Assembly: GCF_009914755.1 (NCBI RefSeq)
Contig: NC_060929.1
Source: the human T2T-CHM13v2.0 reference genome, Homo sapiens
Reading direction: 5' to 3' (one strand)
DNA: 64,000 bases
The notes under the pieces were generated by a model that was not told the DNA's origin, did no database searches, and saw only the letters and a list, made by a program, of their open reading frames with translations. Shown piece after piece: positions 30,617 through 52,496 of the stretch (positions within the stretch are counted from its first letter, which is position 1; the number at the start of each line of letters is the position of its first letter). A program made the translations under genes and the position numbers.

Positions 30617-31022
30617 TCCACAAGTTATCTGATACTTCTCCCTTCAAAAGGGGAAGCCTAATTCCACTCCCAAATATAGAACTAAGTATGTCCTAAACAG
30701 CACTGTGGCTTCTTCTTTGATCTCTTTCTTGGATCACTTGCTTTGGTGAAAGTCGTCTGCCCTGCCATAAAGACACTCAAGCAGCCCCATGAAGAGGTCC
30801 AAGTGGTGGAGCTACAAGGCCTCCTATCAACAATCGGCAATATCTTGCCAGGTCCATGAACCAGCCACCTTGGCAGTGAACCCCCAGCCCTAGTCAAGCC
30901 TCCAGATGATTGCATCCCTGGATGACATCCTGATTGCACTTTCATAAGAAACCCTGAGACAGAACTACCCAGGTAAGCCACTCCCAAATTCCTGAATCTC
31001 AGAAACTATAAGATAATAAACA
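30617..31022 (+). mobile_element. MaLR LTR (MLT1F-like)
   Basis: ccagccctagtcaagcctccagatga...gagacagaactacccaggtaagccactcccaaattcctga..agataataaa. Confidence 0.7.
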
Positions 31023-31252
31023 TTATATTTTAAATTTTTTATTAAAATGAACGTGTATTGCTTGTATAATCAAAACAGAGAAAAAAGGGAATAAGAGAAA
31101 AATGGAAATAAATTCAGTCTTAGGTTCATTAACACAGCTGTGTGATCCCAAGATGGGGGTATCTTGGTCTCTCAGCAGTTTGAGTGAAGAATCCTTGAGA
31201 GCTTTGAAGGGCCACAGGTGTACTTCGAGTCATGATCAAAAAGCTGATGCTG

Positions 31253-31928
<676 letters not shown>

Positions 31929-32017
31929 CTAGATCTGGGCCTTGAACACTGTCATTGAGATGGCATTCAGGGGCCCAAAGGGGCTTCTTCCTTCATCTTG
32001 GGCTGATTCCCTCATAG

Positions 32018-32848
32018 TGAGAGGTGAACCCGGCTGGGCTTCTGGGTTGGGTGGGGACTTGGAGAACTTTTCTGTCTAGCTAAAGGATTGTAAACACACC
32101 AATCAGCACTCTGTGTCTAGCTAAAAGTTTGTAAATGCACCAATCAGCACTCTGTAAAAATGCACCAATCAGCGCTCTGTCTAGCTAAAGGTTTGTAAAT
32201 GCAACAATCAGCATTCTGTAAAAACGGACCAATCAGCACTCTGTAAAATGGACCAATCAGCAGGATGTGGGCGGGGCCAAATAAGGGAATAAAAGCTGGC
32301 CACCTGAGCCAGCAGTGGTAACCTGCTCGGGTCCCCTTCCACATCATGGAAGCTTTGTTCTTTTGCTCTTAGCAATAAATCTTGCTGCTGCTCACTCTTT
32401 GGGTCTGCACTACCTTTCTGAGCTGTAACACTCACTGTGAAGGTCTGCAGCTTCCCTCCTAAAGCCAGCGAGACCACAAACCCACTGGGAGGAACAAACA
32501 ACTCCAGATATGCCAGCTTTAAGAGCTGTAACACTCACTGGGAAGGTCTGCAGCTTCACTCCTGAAGTCAGCAAGACCACGAACCCATTGAGAGGAATGA
32601 ACAACTCCGGACGTGCTACCTTTAAGAGCTGTAACACTCACTGCGAGGGTCCGTGTCTTCACTCCTGAAGTCAGCAAGATCATGAACCCACCAGAAGGAA
32701 GAAACTCCGGACATATCTGAACATCTGAAGGAACAAACTCTGGACACACCATCTTTAAGAACTGTAACACTCACCGTGAGGGTCTGCGGCTTCATTCTTG
32801 AAGTCAGTGAGACCAAGAACCCACCAGAAGGAACCAATTCCAGACACA
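32018..32848 (+). repeat. HERV9 5' LTR (LTR12, 831 bp)
   Basis: U3 CCAAT repeats, GC box gtgggcgggg, AATAAA boxes, ~103-133 bp U5 repeats (ctgtaacactcactg). Confidence 0.93.
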
Positions 32849-32851
32849 TTT

Positions 32852-32869
32852 TGTCTACCCAGATGGGAC
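32852..32869 (+). other. Primer-binding site, tRNA-Arg type (2 mismatches)
   Basis: tgtctacccagatgggac versus TGGCGACCCAGATGGGAC. Confidence 0.75.
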
Positions 32870-34143
32870 TATCGCCTATCGCCAAGTGGTGAGTACCATC
32901 AGACCCCTTTCGCTTGCTATTCTGTCCTATTTTTCCTTAGAATTTGGGGGCTAAATACCGGGCACCTGTCAGCCAGTTAAAAGCGACTAGCGTGGCCGCC
33001 GGACTAAAGACAAGAGTATCAGGCTTTCTGGGAAAGGGCTCTCTGACAACACCCGACTCTTCAGAGTTGGGAGCGTTGGTTTGCCTGGAACCAGCTTCCG
33101 CTTTTCCTGTACTTCTGGACTGAGCCAAGGGTCAACACAGAGGAAAGCCATTCAGCTCCCAGGTCCCGACAAGTTGGTTGACCCTGCGGCCATGAGTGGA
33201 ACTCTGAAAGTCATGTCGCCCAAGCGAGACTCGCCCGTCTATCCTATCTATCCTGACCCTTGCCTCCTGGGTCCTAATGCCTGTCAGACAAACTTCCTCT
33301 CGCCTCTCTTCTCTGAGGCTAGTCCTGCTTCTAAAAACCACTCCCTATCTCTGGTGCTTTTCTAGTTTCTCCCATAAGAATGATTTCTAGTATAAACTTC
33401 AGGACTCATGAGAGTCCCTTCTGTAGGCACCCAGTCTCACCAATCAGAAAGACATAATTTTTGCCCAAAGCCCCATTGTAGGGGGGAATATCTGGAATTC
33501 TAGGATCCCTCCTCAGACAAACAGGACTAACAAAAGCTATTTCTGAAGCTAGGATATGGGGAGCCTTAGAAAGCTAGGATATCCTTAGAAGCTAGGATAT
33601 GGGGAGCCTTTATCCTTCCTATTCATATAAGTGAGGACAAAAGGCATCACACTTCCAACTCTGGAGATCCCTTCCCTCCCTCAGAGTATGGCCCTCCACT
33701 TCATTTTTGGGGCATAGCATCTTTATAGAACAGGGGTAAAGTCCCAATACTAACAGGAGAATGCTTAGGATTCTAACAGGTTATCGAGAATGCGTCAGTA
33801 AGGGCCACTAAATCCGATTTTTCTTGGTCCTCTTTGTGGTCTAGGAGGACAGGCAACGGTGCAGGTTTTCAAGAATGCATTGGTAAGGGCCACTAAATCC
33901 GACCTTCCTCAGTCCTCCTTGTGGTCTAGGAGGAAAACTAGTGTTTCTGCTACTGCATTGGTGAGTGCAACTATTCTGATCAGCAGGGTCCAAGGACCAT
34001 TGCGGGTTCTTGGGCAAGAGGTGTTTCTGCTGCTGTGTCAGTGAGTGCAACTATTCCGATCAGCAGTGTCCAGGGACCACTGCAGATTCTTGGGCAGGGG
34101 GAGAAACAAACAAACCAAAACCATGGGCAGTTTTGTCTTTCAG

Positions 34144-35900
34144 ATGGGAAACACTCAGGCATCAACAGGCTCACCCTTGAAATGCATCCTCAGTCATTAG
34201 GACCAATTTGACCTGCAAACCCTGAAAAAGAGGCAGCTCATTTTTGTCTGCACTATGGCGTGGCCCCAGTATTCTCTCTGATGGGGAAAAATGGCCCCCT
34301 GAGGGAAGTATAAATTACAATACTATCCTGCAGCTTGACCTTTTCTGTAAGAGAGAAGGCAAATGGATTGAAATACCTTATGTCCAAGCTTTCTTTTCAT
34401 TGAAGGAGAATAGACAACTATGCAAAGCTTGCAATTTACATCCCACAGGAGGACCTTTCAGCATACCCTCAAATCCTAGCCTCCCTATAGCTCCCCTTCC
34501 TATTAATGATAAGCCTCCTCTAATCTCCCCTGCCCAGAAGGAAATAAGCAAAGAAATCTCCAAAGGACCACAAAAACCCCCAGGCTATCGGTTATGTCCT
34601 CTTCAAGCTGTAGGGGGAGGGGAATTTGGCCCAACCCGGGTACATGTCCACTTCTCCCTCTCTGATTTAAAGCAGATCAAGGCAGACCTGGGGAAGTTTT
34701 CAGATGATCCTGATAAGTACATAGATGTCCTATAGGGTCTAGGGCAAACCTTCGATCTCACTTGGAGAGATGTCATGCTATTGTTAGAGGAAACCCTGGC
34801 CTTTAATGAAAAGAATGCAGCTTTAGCTGAGTTTGGAGGTACCTGGTATCTTAGACAAGTAAATGATAGAATGACAGCTAAAGAAATGGACAAATTCCCT
34901 ACCAGTCAGCAAGCCGTCCCCAGTATGATCCCCACTAGGACCTTGACTCAGATCATGGGGACTGGAGTTGTAAACATCTGTTGACCTGTGTTCTAGAAGG
35001 ACTAAGGAGAATTAGGAAAAAGCCCATGAATTATTCAGTGATGTCCACCATAACTCAAGGAAAGGAAGAAAATCTGTCTGCCTTCCTTGAGTGGCTACGG
35101 GAGGCCTTAAGAAAATATACTCCCCTGTCACCCAACTCACTAGAGGGTCAATTGATTCTAAAAGATAAGTTTATTACCCAATCAGCCACAGATATCAGGA
35201 GAAAGCTCCAACAGTGAGCCCTGGGCCCTGAACAAAATCTGGAGGCATTATTAAACTTAGTAACCTCAGCGTTCTATAATAGGGACCAAGAGGAATAGGC
35301 CCAAAAGGAAAAGCAAGATCAGAGAAAGGCCACAGCCTTAGTCATGGCCCTCAGACAAACAAACCTTGTTGGTTCAGAAAGGACAGAAAATGGAGCAGGC
35401 CAATCACCCAGTAGGGCTTGTTATCAGTATGGTTTACAAGGGCACTTAAAAAAGATTGTCCAGTGAGAAACAAGCCACCCCCTCATCCATGTCCACTGGC
35501 AATCACTGGAAGGCAAAAGGCCCTAGAGTGCAATGGTTCTCTGGGCCAGAAGCCCCCAACTAGATGATCCAACAACAGGACTGAGGGTGCCCAGGGCAAG
35601 CACCAGCTCATGTCATTACCCTCACTGAGCCCTGGGTATGTTTAATCATTGAGGGCCAGGAAATTGACTTCCTCTTGGACACTGGCATGGTCTTCTCAGT
35701 TTAATCTCCTGTCCCAGATGACTGTCCTCAAGGTCCATTACCATCCAAGGAATCCTGGGACAACCTGTAATCAGGTATTTCTCCCACCTCCTTGCTTGCA
35801 ACTGGGAGACTTTGTTCTTTTCACATCCCTTTCTTGTTATGCCTGAAATTCCCACACTCACCCTTATTAGGGAGGGAAATATTAGCCAAAGCTAGAGCTA
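34144..35900 (+). pseudogene. HERV9 gag-pro remnant
   Basis: ATG GGA AAC ACT CAG; WPPEGSINYNTILQLDLFCKREGKW, QGKEENLSAFLEWLREAL (MHR-like), FLLDTG protease motif; stops and frameshifts. Confidence 0.88.
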
Positions 35901-38900
35901 TTATCTACATGAATATGGGGAACAAGTTACCCATTTGTTGTCCCCTACTTGAGGAAGGAATCAACCCTGAAATGTGGGTATTGGAAGGACAATTTGGAAG
36001 GGCAAAAAATGCCTGCCCAGTCCAAATCAGGCTAAAAGTCCCCACCACTTTTCCTTATCAAAGGCAATATCCCTTAAGGCCTGAAGCTCATAAAGGATTA
36101 CAGGATATTGTTAAACATTTAAAAGCTCAAGGCTTAGTAAGGAAATGCAGCAGTCCCTGCAACACCCCAATTCTAGGAGTACAAAAACTGAACAGTCAGT
36201 GGAGACTAGCGCGAGATCTTAGACTCATCAATGAGGCAATAATTCTTCTATATCCAGTTGTACCCAACCCCTATACCCTGCTCTCTCAAATACCAGAGGA
36301 AGCAGAATTGTTCACTGTTCTGGACCTCAAGGATGCCTTCTTCTATATTCCCCTGCACTCTGACTCCCTGCTTCTCTTTGCCTTTGAGGATCCCACAGAC
36401 CACACATCCCAACTTACATGGACTGTCTTGCCCCAAGGGTTTAGGGATAGCCCTCACTTGTTTGGTCAGGCACTGGCCCAAGATCTAGGCCACTTCTCAA
36501 GTCCAGGCACTCTGGTCCTTCAGTATGTGGATGATTTACTTTTGGCTACCAGTTCAGAAGCCTCATGCCAGCAGGCTACTCTAGACCTCTTGAACTTTCT
36601 AGCTAATCAACGGTACAAGGCATCTAGGTCGAAGGCCCAGCCTTGCCTATAGCAGGATAAATATCTAGGCCTAATCTTAGCCAGAGGGACCAGGGCCCTT
36701 AGCAAGGAATGAATACAGCCTATACTGGCTGATCCTCAGCCTAAGACATTAAAACAGTTGCGGGGGTTCCTTGGAATCACTGGCTTTTGCCGACTATGGA
36801 TCCCCAGATACAGCAAGATAGCCAGGCCCCTCTATACTCTAATCAAGGAGACCCAGAGGGCAAATACTCATCTAGAAGAATGGGAACCAGGGGCAGAAAC
36901 AGCCTTCAAAATCTTAAAGCAGGCCCTAGTACAAGCTCCAGGTTTAAGCCTTCCCACAGGACAAAACTTCTCTTTATACATCACAGAGAGAGCAGGGATA
37001 GCTCTTGGAGTCCTTACTCAGACTTGTGGGACAACCCACAACCAGTGGCATACTTAAATAAGGAAATTGATGTAGTAGCAAAAGGCTGGCCTCACTGTTT
37101 AAGGGTAGTTGCGGTGGTGGCTGTCTTAGTGTCAGAGGCTATCAAAATAATACAAGGAAAGGATCTCACAGTCTGGACTACTCATGATGTAGATGGCATA
37201 CTAGGTGCCAAAGGAAGTTTATGGTTATCAGACAACTGCCTACTTAGATACCAGGCACTACTCCTTGAGGGACTGGTGCTTCAAATACATACATGCGTGG
37301 CCCTCAACCCTGCCACTTTTCTCCCAGAGGATGGGGAACCAATCAAGCATGACTGCCAACAAATTATAGTCCAGACTTATGCCGCCCGAGCTGATCTCTT
37401 AGAAGTCCCCTTAGCTAATCCTGACCTTAACCTATATACCAATGGAAGTTCATTTGTGGAGAATGGGATACGAAGGGCAGGTTATGCCATAGTTAGTGAT
37501 GTAACTGTACTTGAAAGTAAGCCTCTTCCCCCAGGGACCAGTGCCCAGTTAGCAGAACTAGTGGCACTTACCCGAGCCTTAGAACGGGGAAAGGGAAAAA
37601 GAATAAATGTGTATACAGATAGCAAGTATGCTTATCTAATACTACATGCCCATGCTGCAATATGGAAAGAAAGGGAGTTCCTAACCTCTGGGGGAACCCC
37701 CAGTAAATACCACAAGGAAATTATGGAGTTATTGCATGCAGTGCAAAAACACTAGGAGGTGGCAGTCTTACACTGCCAAAACCATCAGAAAGGTGAAGGA
37801 GAAAAGGCAGAAGGAAACTGTCAGGCAGATGCTGAGGCAAAAATTGCTGCCAGGTGGAACCTCCCATTAGAAATACCTAGGGAAGGACCCTTGGTATGGA
37901 ACAACCCCCTCCAGGAGATTAAGCCCCAGTATTCCCCGACTGAAACAGAATGGGGACTTTCACAGAGGCATAGTTTTCTCCCCCCAGGGTGGTTAACGAC
38001 AGAAGAAGGAAAGATACTTATACCTGAAGCTAGCCAGTGGAAAATACTTAAAACCCTCCACCAAATTTTTCATATGGGTATTGAAAACACTCATCAAATG
38101 GCTGAATCCCTATTTATAGGGCCAAGTCTCCTCCGGACCATCCTACAGGTAGTCAAAGCCTGTGAGGTGTGCCAAAGGAATAATCCCTTTGTCCATCATA
38201 AGGCCCCTTTGGGGGAACAAAGAATAGGTCACTATCTTGGAGAGGACTGGCAGTTAGACTTCACCCATATGCCTAAGTCAAAGGGATTTCGATACTTGCT
38301 TGTCTGTGTTGATACCTTTACAAATTGGATAGAAGCTTTCCCCTGCAAGACAGAGAAGGCTCAGGAAGTGATTAAAGTCCTAATTCATGAAATAATTCCT
38401 AGACTTGGGCTTCCCCAAAGCTTACAAAGTGACAATGGTCTGGCCTTTAAAGCCATGATAACTCAGGGAATTCCAGGGCGCTAGGGATACAATATCACCT
38501 TCACTGCACCTGGAGGCCACAATTCTCAGGGAAGGTCTAGAAGGCAAATGAAACACTCAAGAGGCACTTAAGGAAACTAACACAAGAAACTCATCTGCCA
38601 TGGCCTACTCTGTTGCCCATGGCCTTGTTGAGAATCCGAAATTCTCCTCACAAAATGGGGTTCAGTCCATATGAAATGCTGTAGGGACGACCTTTTCTCA
38701 CAAATGACCTCCTACTTGATCAGGAAACGGCCAACTTGGTCAAAGATATAACTTCTTTGGCAAAATATCAACAAAACCTTAAAAACCTACCTGAAGGATG
38801 TCACAGAGAAAAGGGAACAGAGTTGTTTCAACCTGGAGATCCAGTGTTGGTCAAATCTCTCCTCTCTACCTCCCCATCTATGGACTCTTTGTGGGAAGGA

Positions 38901-39160
38901 CCATACTCAATAATCCTCTCTACCCCCACTGCAGTTAAGGTGGCAGGAGTGGAATCTTGGATTCACCACACCCGAGTTAAATTTTGGACATCCCCTGAGG
39001 AACCTGCGGGACCATCAGCTCAGGAGTCCCAAGATCACCCAGACCAGCCTTGATACCTGTGAACCATTGGAGGACTTGCATCTCCTATTTTGGAAGGAAT
39101 CATCCCAGACTAAAAAGGCTCCTACCACTGATCCTGAAGAAAAACCCCTTCCTCCTTAAA
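35900..39160 (+). pseudogene. HERV9 pol remnant (RT, RNase H, integrase)
   Basis: LDLKDAFF, LPQGFRDSP, QYVDDLLL; YTDSKYA; H-H-CEVC and WQLDFT/QSDNG; disrupted by stops and frameshifts. Confidence 0.92.
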
Positions 39161-39211
39161 AAAGATAAGTGAAAACCTACATAATCTTTAACACCTCTCC
39201 TTGCCCCTTTA

Positions 39212-40330
39212 ATGGAATCCTTTTACTATTTCATCATGTTATTAAGCAGCATACTAACCATACTCTTTGCAATAGGACTATATACTGTAGCTCCTGCTGG
39301 GATGAAAATAAAATAGAACACAGGGAGCCACTCACTTTGCTCCCAACATCCCTTTCCAGCCACTCACCGGAGCTACCTTGGCAAGTACTCTAGAAGTATG
39401 AAAAAATGAAAACAACAAACTCGCACACCTTTTTAACATACACAACCAGTTTTGTCTACCCAGCCGAGGTATATTCTTCTTATGTGGAACACCGACCTAT
39501 ATCTGCCTCCCCACTAACTGGACAGGCACCTGCACCTTAGTCTTTCTAAGCCCCAACATTAACATTGCCCCAGGAAATCAGACCCTATCAGTACCCCTCA
39601 AAGCTCAAGTCCATCAGCGCAGAGGCATACAACTAATACCCCTACTTATAGGGTTAGGAATGGCTACGCTACAGGAACTGGAATAGCCAGTTTATCTACT
39701 TCATTATCCTACTACCACACACTCTCAAAGGATTTCTCAGACAGTTTGCAAGAGATAATGAAAACTATCCTTACTCTACAATCCCAAATAGACTCTTTGG
39801 CAGCAGTGAGTCTCCAGAACTGCTGAGGCCTAGACCTCCTCATTGCTAAGAAAGGAGGACTCTGCACCTTCTTAGGGGAAGAGTGTTGTTTTTACACTAA
39901 CCAGTCAGGTATAGTACGAGATGCCACCCGGTGTTTACAGGAAAAGGCTTCTGAAATCAGACAACGCCTTTCAAACTCTTATACCAACCTCTGGAGTTGG
40001 GCAACATGGCTTCTCCCCTTTCTAGGTCCCATGGCAGCCATCTTGCTATTACTCGCCTTCAGGCCCTGTATTTTTAACCTTGTCAAATTTGTTTCCTCTA
40101 GGATCGAAGCCATCAAGCTACAGATGGTCTTACAAATGGAACCCCAAATGAGCTCAAATAACAACTTCTACTGAGGACCCCTGGACCTACCCACTGGCCC
40201 TTTCACTGGCCTAAAGAGTTCCCCTCCCGAGGACACTACAACTGCAAGGCCCCTTCTTCGCCCCCATCCAGCAGGAAGTAGCCACAGCGATCATTGCCCA
40301 ATTCCCAACAGCAGTTGGGGTGTCCTGTTT
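39212..40330 (+). pseudogene. HERV9 env remnant with most of SU deleted
   Basis: Cleavage/fusion QRR-GIQLIPLLIGLG, ISD LQNC*GLDLL..KGGLC, CX6CC CTFLGEECC; total length only ~1 kb. Confidence 0.82.
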
Positions 40331-40341
40331 AGAGGGGGCAT

Positions 40342-41477
40342 TGAGAGGTGAAGCCAGCTGGGCTTCTGGGTCGGGTGGGGACTTAGAGAACTTTTCTGTC
40401 TAGCTAAAGGATTGTAAACACACCAATGAGCACTCTGTGTCTAGTTAAAGGTTTGTTTTTTGTTTTTTTTTGAGACAGAGTCTTGCTCGGTTGCCCAGGC
40501 TGGAGTGCAGTGGCACTATCTCAGCTCACTGGAAGCTCCGCCTCCTGGGTTCATGCCATTCTCCTGCTTCAGCCTCCTGAGTAGCTGGGGCTACAGGCAC
40601 CCGCCACCACGCCCACCTAATTTTTTGTATTTTTAGTAGAGACGGGGTTTCACCATTTTAGCCACGATGGTCTCGATCTCCTGACCTCATGATCTGCCCA
40701 CCTCAGCCTCCCAAAGTGCTGGGATTACAGGCGTGAGCCACCACACCCGGCCAAGGTTTGTAAATGCACCAATCAGCATTCTGTAAAAACGCACCAATAA
40801 GCGCTCCGTCTAGCCAAATGTTTGTAAACTTACCAATCAGCAGTCTGTAAAAACGGACCAATCAGCACTCTGTAAAATGGACCAATCAGCAGGATGTGGG
40901 TGGGGCCAAATAAGGGAATAAAAGCTGGCCACCCGAGCCAGCAGTGGCAACCTGCTTGGGTCCCCTTCCACACCGTGGAAGCTTTTTTCTTTCACTCTTA
41001 GCAATAAATCTTGCTGCTGCTCACTCTTTGGACCCGCACTACCTTTCTGAGCTGTAACACTCCCTGCAAAGGTCTGTGGTTTCACTCCTGAAGCCAGCGA
41101 GACCACAAACCCACTGGGAGGAACAACCAACTCCGGACGTGCCACCTTTAACAGCTGTAACACTCACTGGGAAGGTCTGTGGCTTCACTCCTGAAGTCAG
41201 CGAGACCACGAACCCATCTGGAGGAATGAAAAACTCCAGATGAACCACCTTTAAGAGCTGTAACATTCACTGCAATGGATCACAGCTTCACTCCTGAAGT
41301 CAGCAAGACCACAAACCCACCAGAAGGAAGAAACTCCAGACACATCTGAACATCTGAAGGAACAAACTCCAGACACACCATCTTTAAGAACTGTAACACT
41401 CACTGCAAGGGTCTGCAGCTTCATTCTTGAAGTCAGTGAGACCAAGAACCCACCAGAAGGAACCAATTCCGGACACA
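40342..41477 (+). repeat. HERV9 3' LTR (LTR12) interrupted by an Alu
   Basis: Colinear with the 5' LTR; 831 bp after removing the Alu and one TSD copy. Confidence 0.93.
40457..40752 (-). mobile_element. AluY-like insertion in the 3' LTR
   Basis: TSD AAGGTTTGT at 40448-40456 and 40753-40761. Confidence 0.92.
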
Positions 41478-42341
41478 ATAGCTTCTTCCTCCCTTGTGTG
41501 CTCCCGCAAGACTGGGCCTTGTCTGCCTCCAGACACTCCGTACTCTCTCTCACTGCTTAGATGGCTCTTTCCATCCCTCTTCCATCCTCCAAACACGCCA
41601 TCCCTTCCCATGATGCTGCATTTTCCAGTGAGCAGACTAAGCTCAGAGCATCAGCAAAACCCTCCGTTTTTCTTTGAAACTTTGAACTTCATGGAAGTTG
41701 CTCACCTTCTGCCTAACCACAGGGAAATGGCCCCAGGAAGTCTTCCCAGTCCCCATGTGGGTGAGGGCCTTGCCTCCTGTTCCAGGTCCACCCACATCTT
41801 TCCTATTTGGCCATGTCCATGTGTTATTATTACTGTTGGTTTGGTTGTTGGCTTCTTGGACAGACTATAAACCACAGGAGGACAGGCTTCAACCTTATTT
41901 ATTCTCTGCTATGGCCCCAAGGCCTGGCACACAGCAAATGCTCTGTATAGAGTCATGAATGAGTGAACAAACAAATAAGTGAACAAACAAATAAATGAAC
42001 AAACTCAGGATACCGGAACAATCCCTTAAACTGCCTGCAGGGCCAGGTTTGGCAGAAGAGCCTTCCTCTTTATGAACACAGATGGCAGAAGTAGGACAAG
42101 TCAAAGTGAATGTCAAATTTTTGTTTTAAATCAGGAAGAACCTTCTAATAACATAGATTGCATTGTGAAGTAGTGAGCTGTGGTCACCAAAGGGGTTTAC
42201 AAGAAGGCTAGTGGGCTCTCTATGAGGAACAGTCTGCAGAAAGAATTCCAGACTGGACAGAGGTTGTGAATTCCCAAGGTCCCACGCCAGCTGGGCTGTT
42301 GAGGAAGCCATGAATGTATCTTTATGGCGAGGGAGGATTGA

Positions 42342-46660
<4,319 letters not shown>

Positions 46661-46949
46661 TCCTTCCTCCAGCTGCAGGGCAAAAAATGGGTTGAAGAGC
46701 CGGACTGGTGGTAACTGGTGTGGCCATCCAGCCTGGAGTCGATGTTGGCATGAATGAAGACACAGGCAGTTGGGACAGAGAGAAGCGAGTGGGATGTGGA
46801 GGTGACCCGATGAAATACTGGCCCGGAGATATGAGGCATGAGGCGGGGAGCACGAGGGTGTCGAAGGGCCAAAATGTGGTAAGAGAAGCCGGAGGAGTGT
46901 GAGGACAGGTGGAAGGGATCCAATGTGGGATCTAAGGGGTCTGAGACCA

Positions 46950-47450
46950 CCGTGGCCGCGGGAGGCAGGAGAAGGTACCGCAGAGCTCCCGGTGATGTGT
47001 CAGGAGGCCCTACACTCGCGCGTGCACTGGCTCGCAGTTTGGACAGAGACCCTACAGGCCAGGCCGCAGCTGCGCCCAGACCACCCCCAGCGGGTGAAGA
47101 CTGCCGCGGCGGCGCAGTTCCCGGCATGCCTCCGGCCGGTGACTTCATCCGGCCCGGGGCCAAGGCCCGGCCTCCGCTAGAGGGCGCTGCTCTCAGCAGC
47201 CGCGCCGCCCGGATGGACTCGCGCCAGAGTAGGACAAGAGAGGCAGGCGGCGGCTGCTCCGTGCGGCTCCCACGCCTCTCGGGCGGCAGGTCCTGCCTCG
47301 GACCTGGGACCACTGGCTGGCGCCTGTGGCTCACATCTCCACGCCTTTGCCCGCTCCTCCCAGGAGCCCGAGTCAGAAACCTGTGCTTCACCCTCGAGAG
47401 CGCTGCCATCCTCCCCCTCAACCAGACGGGCATGGCGTCTGGTTGTCCGT
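46950..47450. promoter_or_regulatory. Orphan CpG island
   Basis: Non-repeat, very GC/CpG-rich stretch (cgcgcg, ccgcggcggcgc, cgcgccgcccgg) in CpG-depleted surroundings. Confidence 0.85.
47171..47189 (+). promoter_or_regulatory. CTCF motif
   Basis: cctCCGCTAGAGGGCGCtg closely matches the CTCF core CCRSYAGRKGGCRS. Confidence 0.75.
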
Positions 47451-47558
47451 CCTGTCTTCTCATCGTCTCAGAGCCCTTCCCTGACCCCTACCCTCTCTCA
47501 GACCAACAGGATGATGACAGGAAGAGGATCCAGGACCAACTCCTAGCGGTGACCTTGA

Positions 47559-52360
<4,802 letters not shown>

Positions 52361-52361
52361 G

Positions 52362-52496
52362 AACAGGGAAGTTGAACACACTGACATATTGGTTCTTTGA
52401 AGACGAACTCATTGTACTTAACAATTTTCCACCTCTTGAATTTTAAAGGAGGTTAACAGGCTAAAACCTTTGAAGAGGAATTTATTGTATCCTACA
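52362..52496 (-). mobile_element. Probable LTR 5'-end fragment
   Basis: Reverse complement begins TGTAGGATACAATAAATTCCTC, an ERV1-like LTR start; family not determined. Confidence 0.4.

Larger units (their letters stand above)
32018..41477 (+). mobile_element. Full-length defective HERV9 (ERV9) provirus with LTR12 LTRs
   Basis: Paired TG...CA LTRs, 4-bp TSD ATAG (32014-32017, 41478-41481), PBS, gag-pro-pol-env remnants, PPT at 40331-40341. Confidence 0.95.

Noticed and set aside
32420-32848. Regularly spaced repeats resembling a CRISPR array (also 41050-41477)
   Set aside because: Standard LTR12 U5 tandem repeats with similar, not unique, spacers; eukaryotic DNA with no cas genes
35792-38484. 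RT, RNase H and integrase ORFs as an active retroelement
   Set aside because: Separated by stops and frameshifts; RNase H first Asp reads N (YTNGSS); env deleted
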